This document shows positions 37,128 to 49,316 of a stretch of DNA of 64,000 nucleotides, in pieces (within the stretch, counting starts at the first letter, position 1; each line of letters opens with the position of its first letter). The position numbers and the translations under genes are program-made. The notes below the pieces were generated by a model. It saw nothing but the letters and a program-made list of their open reading frames with translations, was not told where the DNA came from and searched no databases. Source of the stretch: Blepharisma stoltei ATCC 30299 (lineage: Eukaryota > Protista > Ciliophora); the NCBI GenBank assembly GCA_965603825.1, contig CBFDEM010000047.1:434001-498000 (forward strand), written 5' to 3'.

Positions 37128-38087
37128 ATGGATAATGAAAAATTCTGCAATAAAATATCAGTGCCAACTCAAGCATATCAAATGCAAAGCCTTGATTCTA
37201 GCAATAAATTATCTACAATTACACTACCAAACCCTTTGGGGTCTTCTAAGTATCAAGCTTTGAAAAATTGGTACCAAGAAAACAGAAAAAACCAGACTAT
37301 ATCTTTGATGCTCAATAGAATAACAAAGAATAACAAAATCTCTTCAGAATTTTATAGTAGACCTCTTTTAATGCTATTAGAAGAAATTTGCGACTCATTA
37401 ATGATGGAGGAGCTTGAGATTTCTCTATGGGCAATATATCTAGATAATATTATATGAGGAAAAAACGCTTCATATTTCGAAAATGGGATATGGTTCGCAT
37501 CTTATGCAGCCAAATCTTCATTAAGTAATGATATAGAGATATATGAAAAGATTATTGTAGAAAAAATCCCAAATTTTCACAGATTTTATGATGAGTGGTA
37601 TTCACAGCATAGAAGTGACTTGTCAGTAAATTCTATGAATATTAATCAAAAATATAATAAGCTCTCAAGAATTGCTAAATACTACCAATTCACTGTGCTA
37701 AATTATAATTATTATGTAGACAAAATTCTGGATTCTCCAAAAGGCGCTGAAAGAATGAAAAAGAGAATTCGAGGGAAGAATGAAGATGTTTTAAAAAAGA
37801 AGATAAAACTGTCTAAAAATAAAGAAAAAATCAGATTTGAACAAGGAATTGTAGAAAAATCAATTAAAAATTTAAAAAATGAAAAAAAAGAGGCGAAGGA
37901 GCTCTCAAGAATTGAAGAGGGTGCATCATCAAGCGTGCACACAAAAGATGCGCTTAGAAATGAGGAACAAAAAAAAGACACATATATTATGGGCAAGATA
38001 GAAATGTATTGTTCAGGACTTATCGAAGCAAATGATTTGGTCTTAGATGATAGTTTAAACGAAGACTGAAGTATCTTATTTGATTAA
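37128..38087 (+). CDS. Hypothetical protein (319 aa)
   Basis: Two same-frame ORFs joined through TGA 37455-37457; reads through TGA 38067-38069 to TAA 38085-38087. Confidence 0.7.
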
Positions 38088-38287
38088 GTATTTCTGCAAT
38101 TCGTATTATAATAAGCTCTTGAAATTAATGACAATATTATTTATCCAATATAAATTCATAAAATACATTATCTGATGATTTCGAAAATTGAAGAATTAAT
38201 TGATCATTTGTTCTAGATTTGTAGATTAGAATTTAAATTAATTTATAAAAAATTATTCAAATATATCAGAATAGAGTTAGTTTTAAA

Positions 38288-38600
38288 GGCAGCATATCCG
38301 ATCTGCGATTGTTATTTCTTACAGCGATGTCCTTCCTAATATGCTATTAAATCTGTATTTCTTTACTAAAGTCTTAAAGAATATAGCTGAGTGTGGAGGC
38401 TACTCAACTCTAATAGAGCGGTTGCGAATAAGCCTGTAACCCTAAGACCTCCGAAATGCCAAGAAGATGTTGTTGCGGCACATATGCAAGTTTAGCAAAC
38501 TAAGAGAATGATCTTGTGTGACTGGGAGTAAACTCTCTAGAGATAGACATAATAGTATAAAGAAGGGCAGTGAAAATCTCTGAAAAGTCTAGATAATTAT
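38288..38600 (+). ncRNA. Candidate structured ncRNA, family unassigned
   Basis: Intergenic island, more GC-rich than its flanks, with several hairpins (G-U pairs favour the + strand), a GAGA tetraloop and long-range complementarities. Confidence 0.45.
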
Positions 38601-38951
38601 AAATATCAAGACTAAATATCTTAGAATTCGATTAAGGCTCATTAAAACTTTGATTTTCTAATTTAAAATTACTTTTATTCTTATTACAAGTTTTATTTAT
38701 CAATCTTTAAAATATCCGTTCTCTACCCAATTATCTTTCTTCTCTATACACAGCGACCCTAATTTAAACTAATCTACTCTTAATTTAAGTTCTTTATCAA
38801 TAATTTGTATTTTGAAACCCATTTCTCTTAACGAGATGAATTACTTTTTACCTCCAATTTCAAATTATATAATTTTTTTCAAAGCATATTTACTTTTTTT
38901 GATATATAAATTTTTTATTAGCCAAGCACTTATCTTTACATGTATAATTAT

Positions 38952-40307
38952 CTAAAATATATTTCCCATACAATTAGATCTCGATTGTCTTGGCTCAGGC
39001 TGTTCACCAAACCCCTCTGCAAAGATTGCATGAATATGAATATCAATTTCAGGGTTCATCCTTGGTATCCCATCATTTTGGTAATTTAAAATTGGTATTT
39101 GCAAATTCTGTCTCCCGTTCGTGCTTCCACTTCTGCCAGTCCCTGACGAAATTCTACTTGCATTATCATCAATATTTCTTCCATTATTAGCAATATTTAC
39201 TGCTAAGTCTGTTATAACTCTTCCAATTCTATCCAGTAAAGGTGAAATCTGTATAGTTAATAATCCTAATTCTTGGCTCGTTGTCAATTCGCTATTTCTT
39301 TCGTTAAAGCTTCTTTCCAACTCCATGGTCAAATTATCTTCAATGCCAGACCCAGCAGTTGCTTCTGAATCTGATCCATGCGAATCATGCGACCACTCTT
39401 TTTCTTCTTCTACGTGCATCATGTTGAGTCTTTCTCTCATTGGCCTTACTCTTTCATCAGCATGCTCATGCTGCAAAATTGTATTTAATGAATAATACCT
39501 TTCGAGCATTGCCCGAGACTGGTCTAATAATCCTACTGCTGGCATTATTAAATCGTTGAAATCTAATACCTGAGAGTTTGGAGAGTCTGAAGGGCTTATT
39601 AGGACTGGGGACTGCATTGAACTGTTTAACGATTGCAAGGTGTAGGTCCTTAATGGTTGAATTCTAGGTGACGATATGCTGATTCATTCATCTCATCTAT
39701 TTGGCCACCCGTTATAATGGATAAATGCCATTTGCCCTTCAGGACGGTGCTCAATTTGTATAACTTGAGCTTCAAGCCACTGCTCAACTGTATCTTTTAC
39801 ATCAACTCACTGCCCTTGCACAAGAGTTCTTTCAGAAAAGTTGAATCCTTGCAATTCTCCATCATTAATAGTCGTATTCATACATTGAACCAAGCCTTCA
39901 ATAGTTTGAATGTTTTGCCTGATTGTTTCCAAACGCTCGTTAGCCGAAATTTCACGCCTTCGCTGTTGACGTCTACGTGTTATAAAAGAAGCTGCTTGAT
40001 TATTTGCTAAGGCCGCTCGCAAAAAATCTGTAAGAGTATTTCTGTCTCCATCAGGATTGGAAGGATTTAGATTAGCGACTAAGTAGAAAATTGAGTCATT
40101 TTCTACGTTTAGTAAGAACAAGTTGTCTTGGTTTTTCAGAACTTTGCCTTGAAAAATTAATCTTTGTTTATCAACAGGGACCTGAGTTTGATTTAGGATA
40201 AGAGTTTTTAATTCTGAGATTGGCGTTTGCCTGGCAGCATTCACAACGAACTGCTGTGAATCTAAGGTACAGATTTTTATTCTTATTCGGTCAGAACCAA
40301 CATCCAT
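38952..40307 (-). CDS. Ubiquitin-like domain + Tudor/Agenet-like domain protein (451 aa)
   Basis: UBL: QVPVDKQRLIFQGKVLK; Q[W]VDVKDTVEQWLEAQV...FIHYNGWPNR[W]DE[W]I with three TGA=Trp. Confidence 0.85.
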
Positions 40308-40439
40308 TTTGGTATGATTGTATCTTGAAAATAATTGAAATTCATATGAGTTTGAGAAATTAAAAAAAATTAAATTGGTGTCAAGATGAATAGGGCTTTA
40401 TTATTTTAGACAGAGAAAATTAGAGAATTATGATTAAAT

Positions 40440-41897
40440 ATGAATCAATATTATGGGAAACAGCTTAAATTACTTAAAATTGATGAAAGTTTACACTCAC
40501 GACTTATAGCAATCACAACAGCAGCTAAGTTAACAGTTTTAGAAAGACTGGGATCAATGGGGTTGGTATTTCCAAAGTCATCTTCAAGACTATCACCAAT
40601 AATTAAAAAACAATCAAACAAACTTGAAGCTATTGAAGAAAAACACAGAGAGCATTCACTAAAAGAATTTCGCCACCAGAAAGAAACTCTTAAGCATAAG
40701 CTAGAATATGTTGAAGACTCGATTTCGCTGTTTAAAGAATCCCCAAAAATTGTTAAAGTTCCTTCTACTGCAGATAAAAAGGAAGAAGAAAAACTCAAGC
40801 AAGAAAAAGCTGCAGAGTTCGCCAAAAAGCTTCAAGAGGAGCAAATAAATAGAATGAAAAGGCTTAAAGAAAGAGAACAAAAAATAATTAAAAAATGAGA
40901 ATCTGAAGAGAATAAAAAGCAATTAGAATTGATGGTGCTAGAGCAAAAGATATTGGAAGAGAAAGAAAAAAGATTAAGAGACTTGCAATTAAGAGGAGAG
41001 CTAAGGCGAGAACAATTAAAACGAGCTAAAAGCGAAATGAGAGGAGTAAGGAATAGCGATGTGCTTTATAAGAAAATTGAGAAAAAGTTCGAAGAAAATG
41101 TAATTATTCCTGAGCTTGAACGAAGAAAAGAAGAGCTAGCTAAAAAACGAGAATTATTTTCACCAAAACGAAATGAAGAAAAGGATGGAATCCATAAAGA
41201 AAGTTCAGAGCAGCTGAATACAATTAAAGAAAAAGTGCTTGAAAGCAGCTTGAAAACTTATAGATTACACAGAATTCCCGAGGTGATTATACAAGATAAA
41301 GAAGAGCTAAAAAAGTTTGAAAAAGAAGCTGAAGAAAAGAGAATTTTGATAGAAAAAAGAAAAAAGTATGGAGAAATGATTAAAGAATATCACGCACCTG
41401 AAATAGACCCTTTTAAGAAAAAAGAAATGGAATTAATTAGACTTCGCTTGAATTTTCCATCACAAAAACGAGGTTTTTTAAAATCTGTTGTTCATAGGAG
41501 CCATTCCGTAAAAAACTTTCAAAAACAAGCTATGAGCGACTCAGGATCTCCATCCAAATTTCAGCCATCTCATAGATTACGAGAAATAAATTCCAGCGAT
41601 CAAAAACAAAGAGCAATCCCCAAAGATTATTTAAAAGAGCAACGAGCCATTCGAGAGCAATTTCAAAATTCACACAAGCAAGCCCAAAGCTTTAGCATTG
41701 ACTCGAGTGAGCCAGAGACTTATCACTCAGTCTATCAAAAGGTGAAAATGTTGGAATCAAAAGCTTTGGAAACTGAAAAAATTCTTCAAAATTCAAAATT
41801 TTCCAACCGAATTTCTGTACGCGAATTAAATGCTGAAAAAGAATTAAACGAAATAATTCTACAGAGCATAAAATCAAAACTAAGTTTATTAATGTAA
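40440..41897 (+). CDS. Charged coiled-coil hypothetical protein
   Basis: Two same-frame ORFs joined through TGA 40896-40898. Confidence 0.75.
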
Positions 41898-41908
41898 CAT
41901 TATAAAAT

Positions 41909-42667
41909 ATGGGTGGGTGTGCAAGTAGAATAACTCAATCAGAATTAGAACAGCACAAGCGTGATTATAACTCAAAAAATGATGCAAATTTCCGATCAAT
42001 TCCTTTTGAACAAACAATTGATCAAGCTATCAAAGAAGATCAAAGCATTCGGGGGTTAGAAGAGAAACGCAAAATTTATACGAGGAAAGAAATTGAATAT
42101 AAAACGAAGCTGGAAAATACACCTGCAGGAGTACCTCCTATACCTGAATTGAATATTGAGATACAGAAAGGAATCAATTTTTATTCTCAAGGGCTTTGTA
42201 TAACACAAGGGAAACCTTATGTTTGTGTGAAAATTGAACCAAAAGGGGCAAGTTTTGAAACATTTGTGTCTGATATTTACAAGCCGTATTGGTATAAGCT
42301 TTTCCAAATAAAGCAAAGTTTGCATAATTTCACGAGTATTCATATAAGAGTATATATCAAAAAAAATTTGAGACAAGATTTGCTATTAGGATCAATTGAA
42401 ATCAAACTGAACGATTTAGAGGACCAAAAAGTAGTTGATGGATGGTATAATATTGATACAAAAATTCAAGGATTCATCGAGTCTCCTGCTTTGAGAATTC
42501 GAGTTCAGCTTGTGCATAATGAGCGCTTATTATTACAAAGAATGATAGAAAACTGTCGAGAAAAATTAGCTGCAATTCAATCTGTAAAAGAAAAAATAGA
42601 AGCTACTATTAAGCCCTCAAACGAAGTTCCGAACGAACTAGTTCCAATCGATCCATTAAACATATAA
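41909..42667 (+). CDS. C2-domain protein with N-acylation motif (MGGCAS)
   Basis: KPYVCVKI...P.W...F...LLGSIEIKLNDLEDQKVVDGWY C2 pattern. Confidence 0.85.
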   Translation: MGGCASRITQSELEQHKRDYNSKNDANFRSIPFEQTIDQAIKEDQSIRGLEEKRKIYTRKEIEYKTKLENTPAGVPPIPELNIEIQKGINFYSQGLCITQGKPYVCVKIEPKGASFETFVSDIYKPYWYKLFQIKQSLHNFTSIHIRVYIKKNLRQDLLLGSIEIKLNDLEDQKVVDGWYNIDTKIQGFIESPALRIRVQLVHNERLLLQRMIENCREKLAAIQSVKEKIEATIKPSNEVPNELVPIDPLNI

Positions 42668-42760
42668 TAATCCACACTAATTTATTTCGCATCGTCACAT
42701 ATTAATGTTAATAGTAAAACACTTTCGTAGAATTAGAAAGCTATCCATTTTTACATATAA

Positions 42761-43819
42761 ATGTCTTTCCTGACTTCTATTTCGCCTGATGTAGCGCTTG
42801 CACTCGCTGGCGGGTTCCTGGTTTCTTTGGCAACTGCTCTAAATCTTCTTGTTATGGGTCGAATTACAAGTGTGAGCTCAATGATCATTTCAATCTCAAG
42901 ATTTTATGTAAATTCTTCTGGACTATTTTGAAGGATCAGCTTTTTACTCGGATTGCTCAATTCAGTGCTTTTCTTTAGGGTTTATCTAGGTGACACAATA
43001 TATGGTATCAGAGTATTTGATGTTCTAAGCTCCATGTCAGATTTAAGTTTGCCGCAATGAATAATTGGCTCATTTTTTATTGGAATGAGTACCAATTTGG
43101 GTGGAGATTTTATAGTCTATCACATAATCTGTGGACTTCCAAGGCTCTCAAGACGCTCTATGTTGGGTACAGCCATCGTGATCTTATTTGGCGCAATAAC
43201 ATTAAGTTATAGGCACTCTATTCCATCATTTGAAAACAAGGGTATTATTGATTCACAAACAATGGATACTTATTTGTCCTTCATAGGAGACTCATTTTCT
43301 GGGGTTTATTTAATTTATATTATCAGCTTTGGGGTTCATTTAATTTCTAAAGCAAAAAAAGCAGATAAAATCGATCCACTTTTTTCATTTGCAATAGGCA
43401 TTATTTTTGGGTTAGGATTTATATTATCAGGGTTGTGCAGAAGGACTAAAGTGATTGGGTTTTTGAATTTTGGGGACAATTGGGATCCAACAATAGCTTA
43501 CTCTATAGTAGCCATGGTTGGCTTTAATTGGTTTGGGTTTAATTTAATATTCAAAAACGTTACTACCCCACTGCTACAGGGTAATTTTAATCCCATAATT
43601 GATGGAGGAATTAATATGAGTTTTTGCATAGGAGCAGCTCTTTTTGGAATTGGCTGGGGTATATTAGGATTTTGCAATGCAGGGATTTTTATGAATATTA
43701 TGCTATTGCCTCAAGCACTTTTGGCACTGATTGGAATTCTAATGGGCAACACTACAATGAGATATCTTATGGCAATAATCAACTCTCCAGGCTTTAGAAG
43801 AATTTTTATTTCAGAGTAA
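42761..43819 (+). CDS. YeeE/YedE (sulfur transport) family membrane protein, divergent
   Basis: ALAGGFLVSLA..GRITSVS, ICGLPRLSRRS, KVIGFL..WDPT, FGIGWGILGFC; N-terminus recovered with TGA=Trp. Confidence 0.8.
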
Positions 43820-43957
43820 TTATAAGGATTTAACAGTAGGTTTTAATTTTTTAAAAGAGCTATATTAAATTATATAGAGAATAAAAATTGAAATAAGCAA
43901 GAATCATTTAATATATACAAAATTTATATCAAAGTCATTTAAAAGAGGACTAACTAT

Positions 43958-45574
43958 TTAATTATTTCTTTTTTTCAATACATATTCTTTAAACTCATAA
44001 GTACTTATCATCCCATCTCCATTGATATCTGCTTCCTTAAAAAATTTCTTTCATTGCGCATTTGGAATGCCTGGAATAGCTTTTTTCATTTCATGCAAAC
44101 TTAAAGTCCCGTTCCCATCTGCATCATATAGCTGAAATACTTGCTCCAATTTCTTTATTTGCGTTTCTGAATTTCAATTTATAACTGCAGCTACAAACTC
44201 TGAATAATCAATAGAACCACTCCTATTCATATCAATTCTGTCAAGAATCTCCTCAACATTACTTTCTTCACAGACACCTAAAGCTCTGCATCCGGATATC
44301 AGTTCCTCTCTACTCAAAATTCCATTATGGTCCTTATCGAGTTTCCTAAACAGTTCGATATATGCTTTTTCTTCACATTGATTGGAAAACTGTGAAACTA
44401 TATACTGGTAAATGGATTTTTCTATTTTTGACTGTGCCTGAATATGTGTTACATTAAATTGAGCAAGCAATTTCAGTGACTCCTCGAAATTTTTGCTTTC
44501 TTGGCTTGCATTTGAAATTGAGAATCATGGGTGGTTAAGTGCATCAAGTGCAGAGATTCTTTGCTTATAATTGAGATCGAGCATTTTCGATATTAAATCT
44601 TTTAGTTCTGCAGAGTAAAAAGCTAATTCTTTATCACCAAGGCTTAAGCCTTTATTTATACTGGCAATAAGTTCTTTTTCAGTCTTACCAACAAAAGGAG
44701 GTTTACCAGTGAGCATAACATATAGAATAACTCCGATGCTTCATATATCACTTGCGCGCTTATTTAGAGATCCTTTAATCATTTCAGGAGCCATATAGTG
44801 AATCTAAATAGAAGTTACAGACCAAACTTTGCAACTGTTAGCTGATGCTTGCCAGATGGAACCAAAATCTGTTAGCTTTAGAACACCATCAGCCTGGTTT
44901 GTGCTGAAAATTATGTTTTCAGGCCTGATGTTTCTATGAATTACACCTCTGCTATGACAGTAATTTACAGCAATTAAAATATCTTGCATATATTTTTTCG
45001 CTAATTGTTCACTAAGTGGGTTTTCTAAAATTTTTTCGAAAAGATCTCCTCCAGGATAATATTCAGAAACAAGATAAAAACTTTGATTGTCTTCTACAAT
45101 TTCATAAAGCTTTACAATATTTGGATGATCCTAAGTAACTTATACAAGAAAATACAGTTTTTCTGACTCAGAGCATACACATTTCTGCATTTCAACACTT
45201 AGAAATGTTTTTTGTATTTCTTTAATTATTTTATTTTCATTTGTTTTTTTGTCTGTTACAAGCATGATGTAGCCGAAAGACCCTACAGAAAGTCTTTTTA
45301 TGAACTGATATTTTGTCTTTATATATTCTTTATCTGTCTTCACGAAATCATTTTTACTAATTCATTTATTCAACTCATTAGCATTAGTTTTGCTATTTGC
45401 TTGTTTTTTATTTGATTTTGAAATTCTAGATGATTGACTTTTTGATAAAGACTTTGTAGGCTCATTCAAGTCACGCTTTAGACTTTTTGTGGCCTGAATT
45501 GCAGTGGACTGATCTGAAGATTTAAGATCAGCCATACCATCTTGGCGAGCTTCTCTATCTGCACAGCATCCCAT
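43958..45574 (-). CDS. CDPK-like protein A (predicted pseudokinase, four canonical EF-hands)
   Basis: MGCC start, DHPNIVKLYE, HRNIRPEN, DFG, MAPE, DI[W]SIG; three tiny introns. Confidence 0.85.
44438..44452 (-). other. 15-nt intron (stop-free)
   Basis: GTAACACATATTCAG, A10; same position as stop-containing introns in paralogs B and C. Confidence 0.75.
44804..44818 (-). other. 15-nt intron
   Basis: GTAACTTCTATTTAG, A10, in-frame TAG. Confidence 0.9.
45131..45145 (-). other. 15-nt intron
   Basis: GTATAAGTTACTTAG, A10, in-frame TAA, directly before DHPNI. Confidence 0.9.
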
Positions 45575-46040
45575 ATTAATAAGAAAATAAAAAAATAATT
45601 AACTAAGTTGAGATTCTAGATCTTAAATTCAAAGAATAATCAATTTCATATATTATTCTATTAATGCAAATTTTTAAGGAATTTTATATATTATTAAACT
45701 CTATCAACTCAATTTTTTATCAAAAATTCTTTACTTACCATTTGCTGAATTAACTAATGAATTATTAACTGTTTAAATATGATTAAGATAAATTGGTTGC
45801 AATACTAGATTATGATTTTTAATAAGTTTAGTAAATTAAATTAAACTTTCTGACGACTTAAATGAGTTGATATGATATATTGCTTAAGAAATTATAATCT
45901 TAATTATATTCAAAATCATTTGAATTATATAAGAATATCCATATTATGAAAAATTATTGGTTGCAACATGATATCATTAAAAATTATTTTTAAAATAAGC
46001 CAATTGATTTAAATAATTTATTTAAGTTATAATTGCCTTG

Positions 46041-47609
46041 CTACCTATTCAAAAAGCATTGCTTAAATTCATCAATGCTTATAATATTGTCTTTATTTTC
46101 ATCAAACTTTTCAAAAAACCTATCCCACTCTGCATCAGGAATTCCAGGAATTCTGACTTTAATATTTTTTATACTTAAATATCCTTTTCCATTTTCTTCA
46201 CATAGTAAAAATACGTTTTCGATCTTTTTAATATTCCTTTCAGATTTTCAATCTGAAATAGATGCGAGAAACTCAGAAAAGTCAATTAAACAATCTTCAT
46301 CAATTTTAATGCTATTCAAAATTTTCTCTATTTTTTTATTGTTGCTAAATCCAATTTTTTTAATCCCATCGATAAGCTCTTGCTTGCTTATTGACCCATT
46401 TTTATCTGTATCAAAAAATTTAAATAATTTCATGTATTCTTTTTCTTCATCAATGGACGAAGCTTGAGAGGTCACAAACGAAAAAATCGCTTTTTCTAAT
46501 TTAGGTCGTCTCTATATAATGATTACATAAAAATCTCTTATGAATTTGATTTCCTGCTCATTTAGAAGAATTGGCTCATCTCCTTCTTTAAATTTGGAAA
46601 ATCACTGATGGCCAAGAGCTTCGATTGCGGTCATTCTTTTCGTCGAGTCAAAAACAAGCAATTTTTTTATAAAATCTTTGACTTCTAAAGTATAAAGTTG
46701 GATTATGTCTTCTGGCATTAACAGCCCGATAGCAATCTTTTTAGACAATTCTTCTTCATTACGGGATATAAAAGGGAGTTTTCCAATTATCATTAAATAT
46801 ACAAGCACTCCAACACTCCACATGTCACTTGCTGGATCATCATAAGATTCTTTGAAGACTTCTGGTGCCAAATATTGAAGCTAAATATAGTTTACAGTAC
46901 CAATATTACTTCTCTGCTTTTCCATTTCAGAGTCCAGCCCAAAATTATTTAGCTTGACAATGGCATTTGTTGATTTGGAATCAAACAGTATGTTATCTGG
47001 GTTTATATTTTTATGAACGACGTCTCTACTATGAGAATAGGCTAGGGCCTCCAGTAAGTTTTTTGTGATCTTACAAATCAAGGGCTCGCTGAGATATTTT
47101 ATCGATAATTTTTCAGAAAGAGAATCTCCCATCAGAAACTCTTGAACAAAGTAAAAGCTTTCTGAGGATTCTATGATTTCATAGATTTTCACAATATTTG
47201 GGTGGTCCTACATAATTTTTACAAGATCTTTTAGGCTATCGACTCTTTCCATGAATTTCTCACTTTCCCCTCATTCCATCTTTGCTCATCTCACCTCTTT
47301 TATGAGCCTTTGCATGTTTGTCCTTTTATCTCGAGCAATCGCAACTATTCCATTTGGGTTATCGTGCAGTTTTTTTATTATTGCATAGTTCTCTTTCAAA
47401 GATTCTGGAACGTTAAGTATAAAGGATCCTCTGCTGACTACTGGAGTGCTTCGTCGTGGAGTTCTAGTTTCTTGAAGTGGAGAAGAAACGGGTGTTTTTT
47501 GGGTTTGAGGCTTCAGAAATCTTGTTTTGCGTTTAAATTTTGGCCTTTTTATTGGCGCTTTTTCTGTCACTTGATTTACCGGTTCAGGCCTCGAATCACA
47601 GCAACCCAT
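46041..47609 (-). CDS. CDPK-like protein B (predicted pseudokinase)
   Basis: MGCC start, HKNINPDN, NFG, LAPE, DMWSVG, partly degenerate EF-hands; three tiny introns. Confidence 0.85.
46512..46526 (-). other. 15-nt intron
   Basis: GTAATCATTATATAG, A10, in-frame TAG. Confidence 0.9.
46881..46895 (-). other. 15-nt intron
   Basis: GTAAACTATATTTAG, A10, in-frame TAG. Confidence 0.9.
47208..47222 (-). other. 15-nt intron
   Basis: GTAAAAATTATGTAG, A10, in-frame TAG. Confidence 0.9.
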
Positions 47610-47657
47610 ATTATATCTATATACATTTTTTTCGATTTATCTAAGATTATTGTACTA

Positions 47658-49316
47658 TTAGGCCATTATTATATTTATATTTGGAAGTCTTTCAGACTTT
47701 CCTCTACTCAAAAATTGCACAAGTTTCTGAATCCTAGTTTTTTTATCATTGTTTATGTCAGCAGCTACGAAAAATTCTTGTCATTCTTCATTTTTATATT
47801 CATGAAAAGATAATTTTAGCTTATCCACGTTTAAATACCCTTCATTATTTTCATCATATGGCATCAGCGCATTTTTAATTTTTGCGATTTGGTCTGGAGC
47901 ATTTCAATCAGTAAAGGCGGTAACAAATACTGTAAAATCGAATTTATAATTATCATCAATATTGGATTTTTCCACAATTTCTTTCATTTCTTTGTGATCT
48001 GTGAACCCAAATAAACTATGGTTAGCATAACATTCTTTAATATTTATTGACTGGTTATGATCGGCATCAAGAATATCAAATATATTTTTAAGCTCTTTTT
48101 CTTCAAATAAACTTTGCTGATTTATTATTGAAACCAAAATCGCTTTTTCAATTTTATTTTTGGTCTAAATTAAAATTACATGAAAATTCAAAAATCGAAT
48201 AAATGATTTTTGCTTCATAATAGTCCTATTAAACCAAGGATGATCTAGAGCTTCGTCAGCAGAAATTCTCTCATTTGGATTAGATACCAACATTTTTTCT
48301 AATAAGTCTTGGGCTTCACTTGAATAATACAGGAAAAGATTTTTATCCATCGTGAAGCCGTGCTCAATGCTTCGAATTAGAATATGATCAGTTTCTCCAT
48401 GGAAAGGGGGTCTTACTATAAGCATCATGTGCAATATAACTCCAAGGCTTCATATATCACTCTTTGCATTTTCATTTTTCCCTTCAAGAATTTCTGGAGC
48501 TGCAAAATGGAGCTAAATTATTATTACAGCATTTAAATTGGAAGACATTTTTATTTTGTTTCAGGATAAGCCAAAGCTGATTAATTTAGCTGATGTGTGA
48601 TCTAATCTTGAAGCAAAAAGAATATTATTTGGCTTAAGGTTGCCATGCACGATCTTTTTATTGTGGCAGTAGCTTAGAGCTGATAAGATACTATGAATAT
48701 ATATACAAGCCAGCTCTTCTGATATATTGCCTTTAGATATTCTGTCAAGTAAGCTGCCTCCTTGCAGATTTTCCCTTACCAAGTAGATGGAATTTTGGGT
48801 TTTGATTAGTTCATAAGTCTTAACTATATTTGGATGATCCTGCATAATTTTTACCAATTCCTTTATTTTTCGCAGTTTCACTAAATCTTCTTCAGTCTCT
48901 CTAACTTTTGACAAATCAATTATTTTCATTACTCTCTTAGCGTCAGATTCATAGGTGCTTATAAGTTTGACACTTCCGAAGTCGCTTTTAGCGAAGACTT
49001 TTAAGGTTTTAATGTTTCCATTTGATGATTTCGAAAAAATTGGCTGAATTAGATTTAAACTAGATTGTGAAAATCTTCGAGTGCGAGAGGTTTTCTCTGA
49101 TTCCATAGATGAAGATTTATCACAATCTGGATCCATTGGCTTAAGACTTTTTGTAGTCATTTGGCTATTATTAGATTCGGGAGTTTTATTGCCATTAAGA
49201 GCGGCTTGATTTGAATTAAAGCGTTTTAGCTTTTTCTTGCGTTTTAGGAATTGATCAGGGGTCTTAGGCTTTCTTGCAGGCTCTTTTTCTTCTTCTCTGG
49301 AGTTACAACAGCCCAT
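47658..49316 (-). CDS. CDPK-like protein C (predicted pseudokinase, mostly degenerate EF-hands)
   Basis: MGCC at 49316, HGNLKPNN, SFG, AAPE, DI[W]SLG; three tiny introns. Confidence 0.85.
48165..48179 (-). other. 15-nt intron
   Basis: GTAATTTTAATTTAG, A10, in-frame TAG. Confidence 0.9.
48513..48527 (-). other. 15-nt intron
   Basis: GTAATAATAATTTAG, A10, in-frame TAG. Confidence 0.9.
48840..48854 (-). other. 15-nt intron (stop-free)
   Basis: GTAAAAATTATGCAG, 14/15 identical to the intron at the same site in paralog B. Confidence 0.8.

Noticed and set aside
38400-38620. SRP RNA, HDV-like or hammerhead ribozyme identity for the structured island
   Set aside because: GCCTGTAACCC is Alu-domain-like but there is no helix-8 motif; GCGAAT lacks HDV P1/P3 topology; no CTGANGA core
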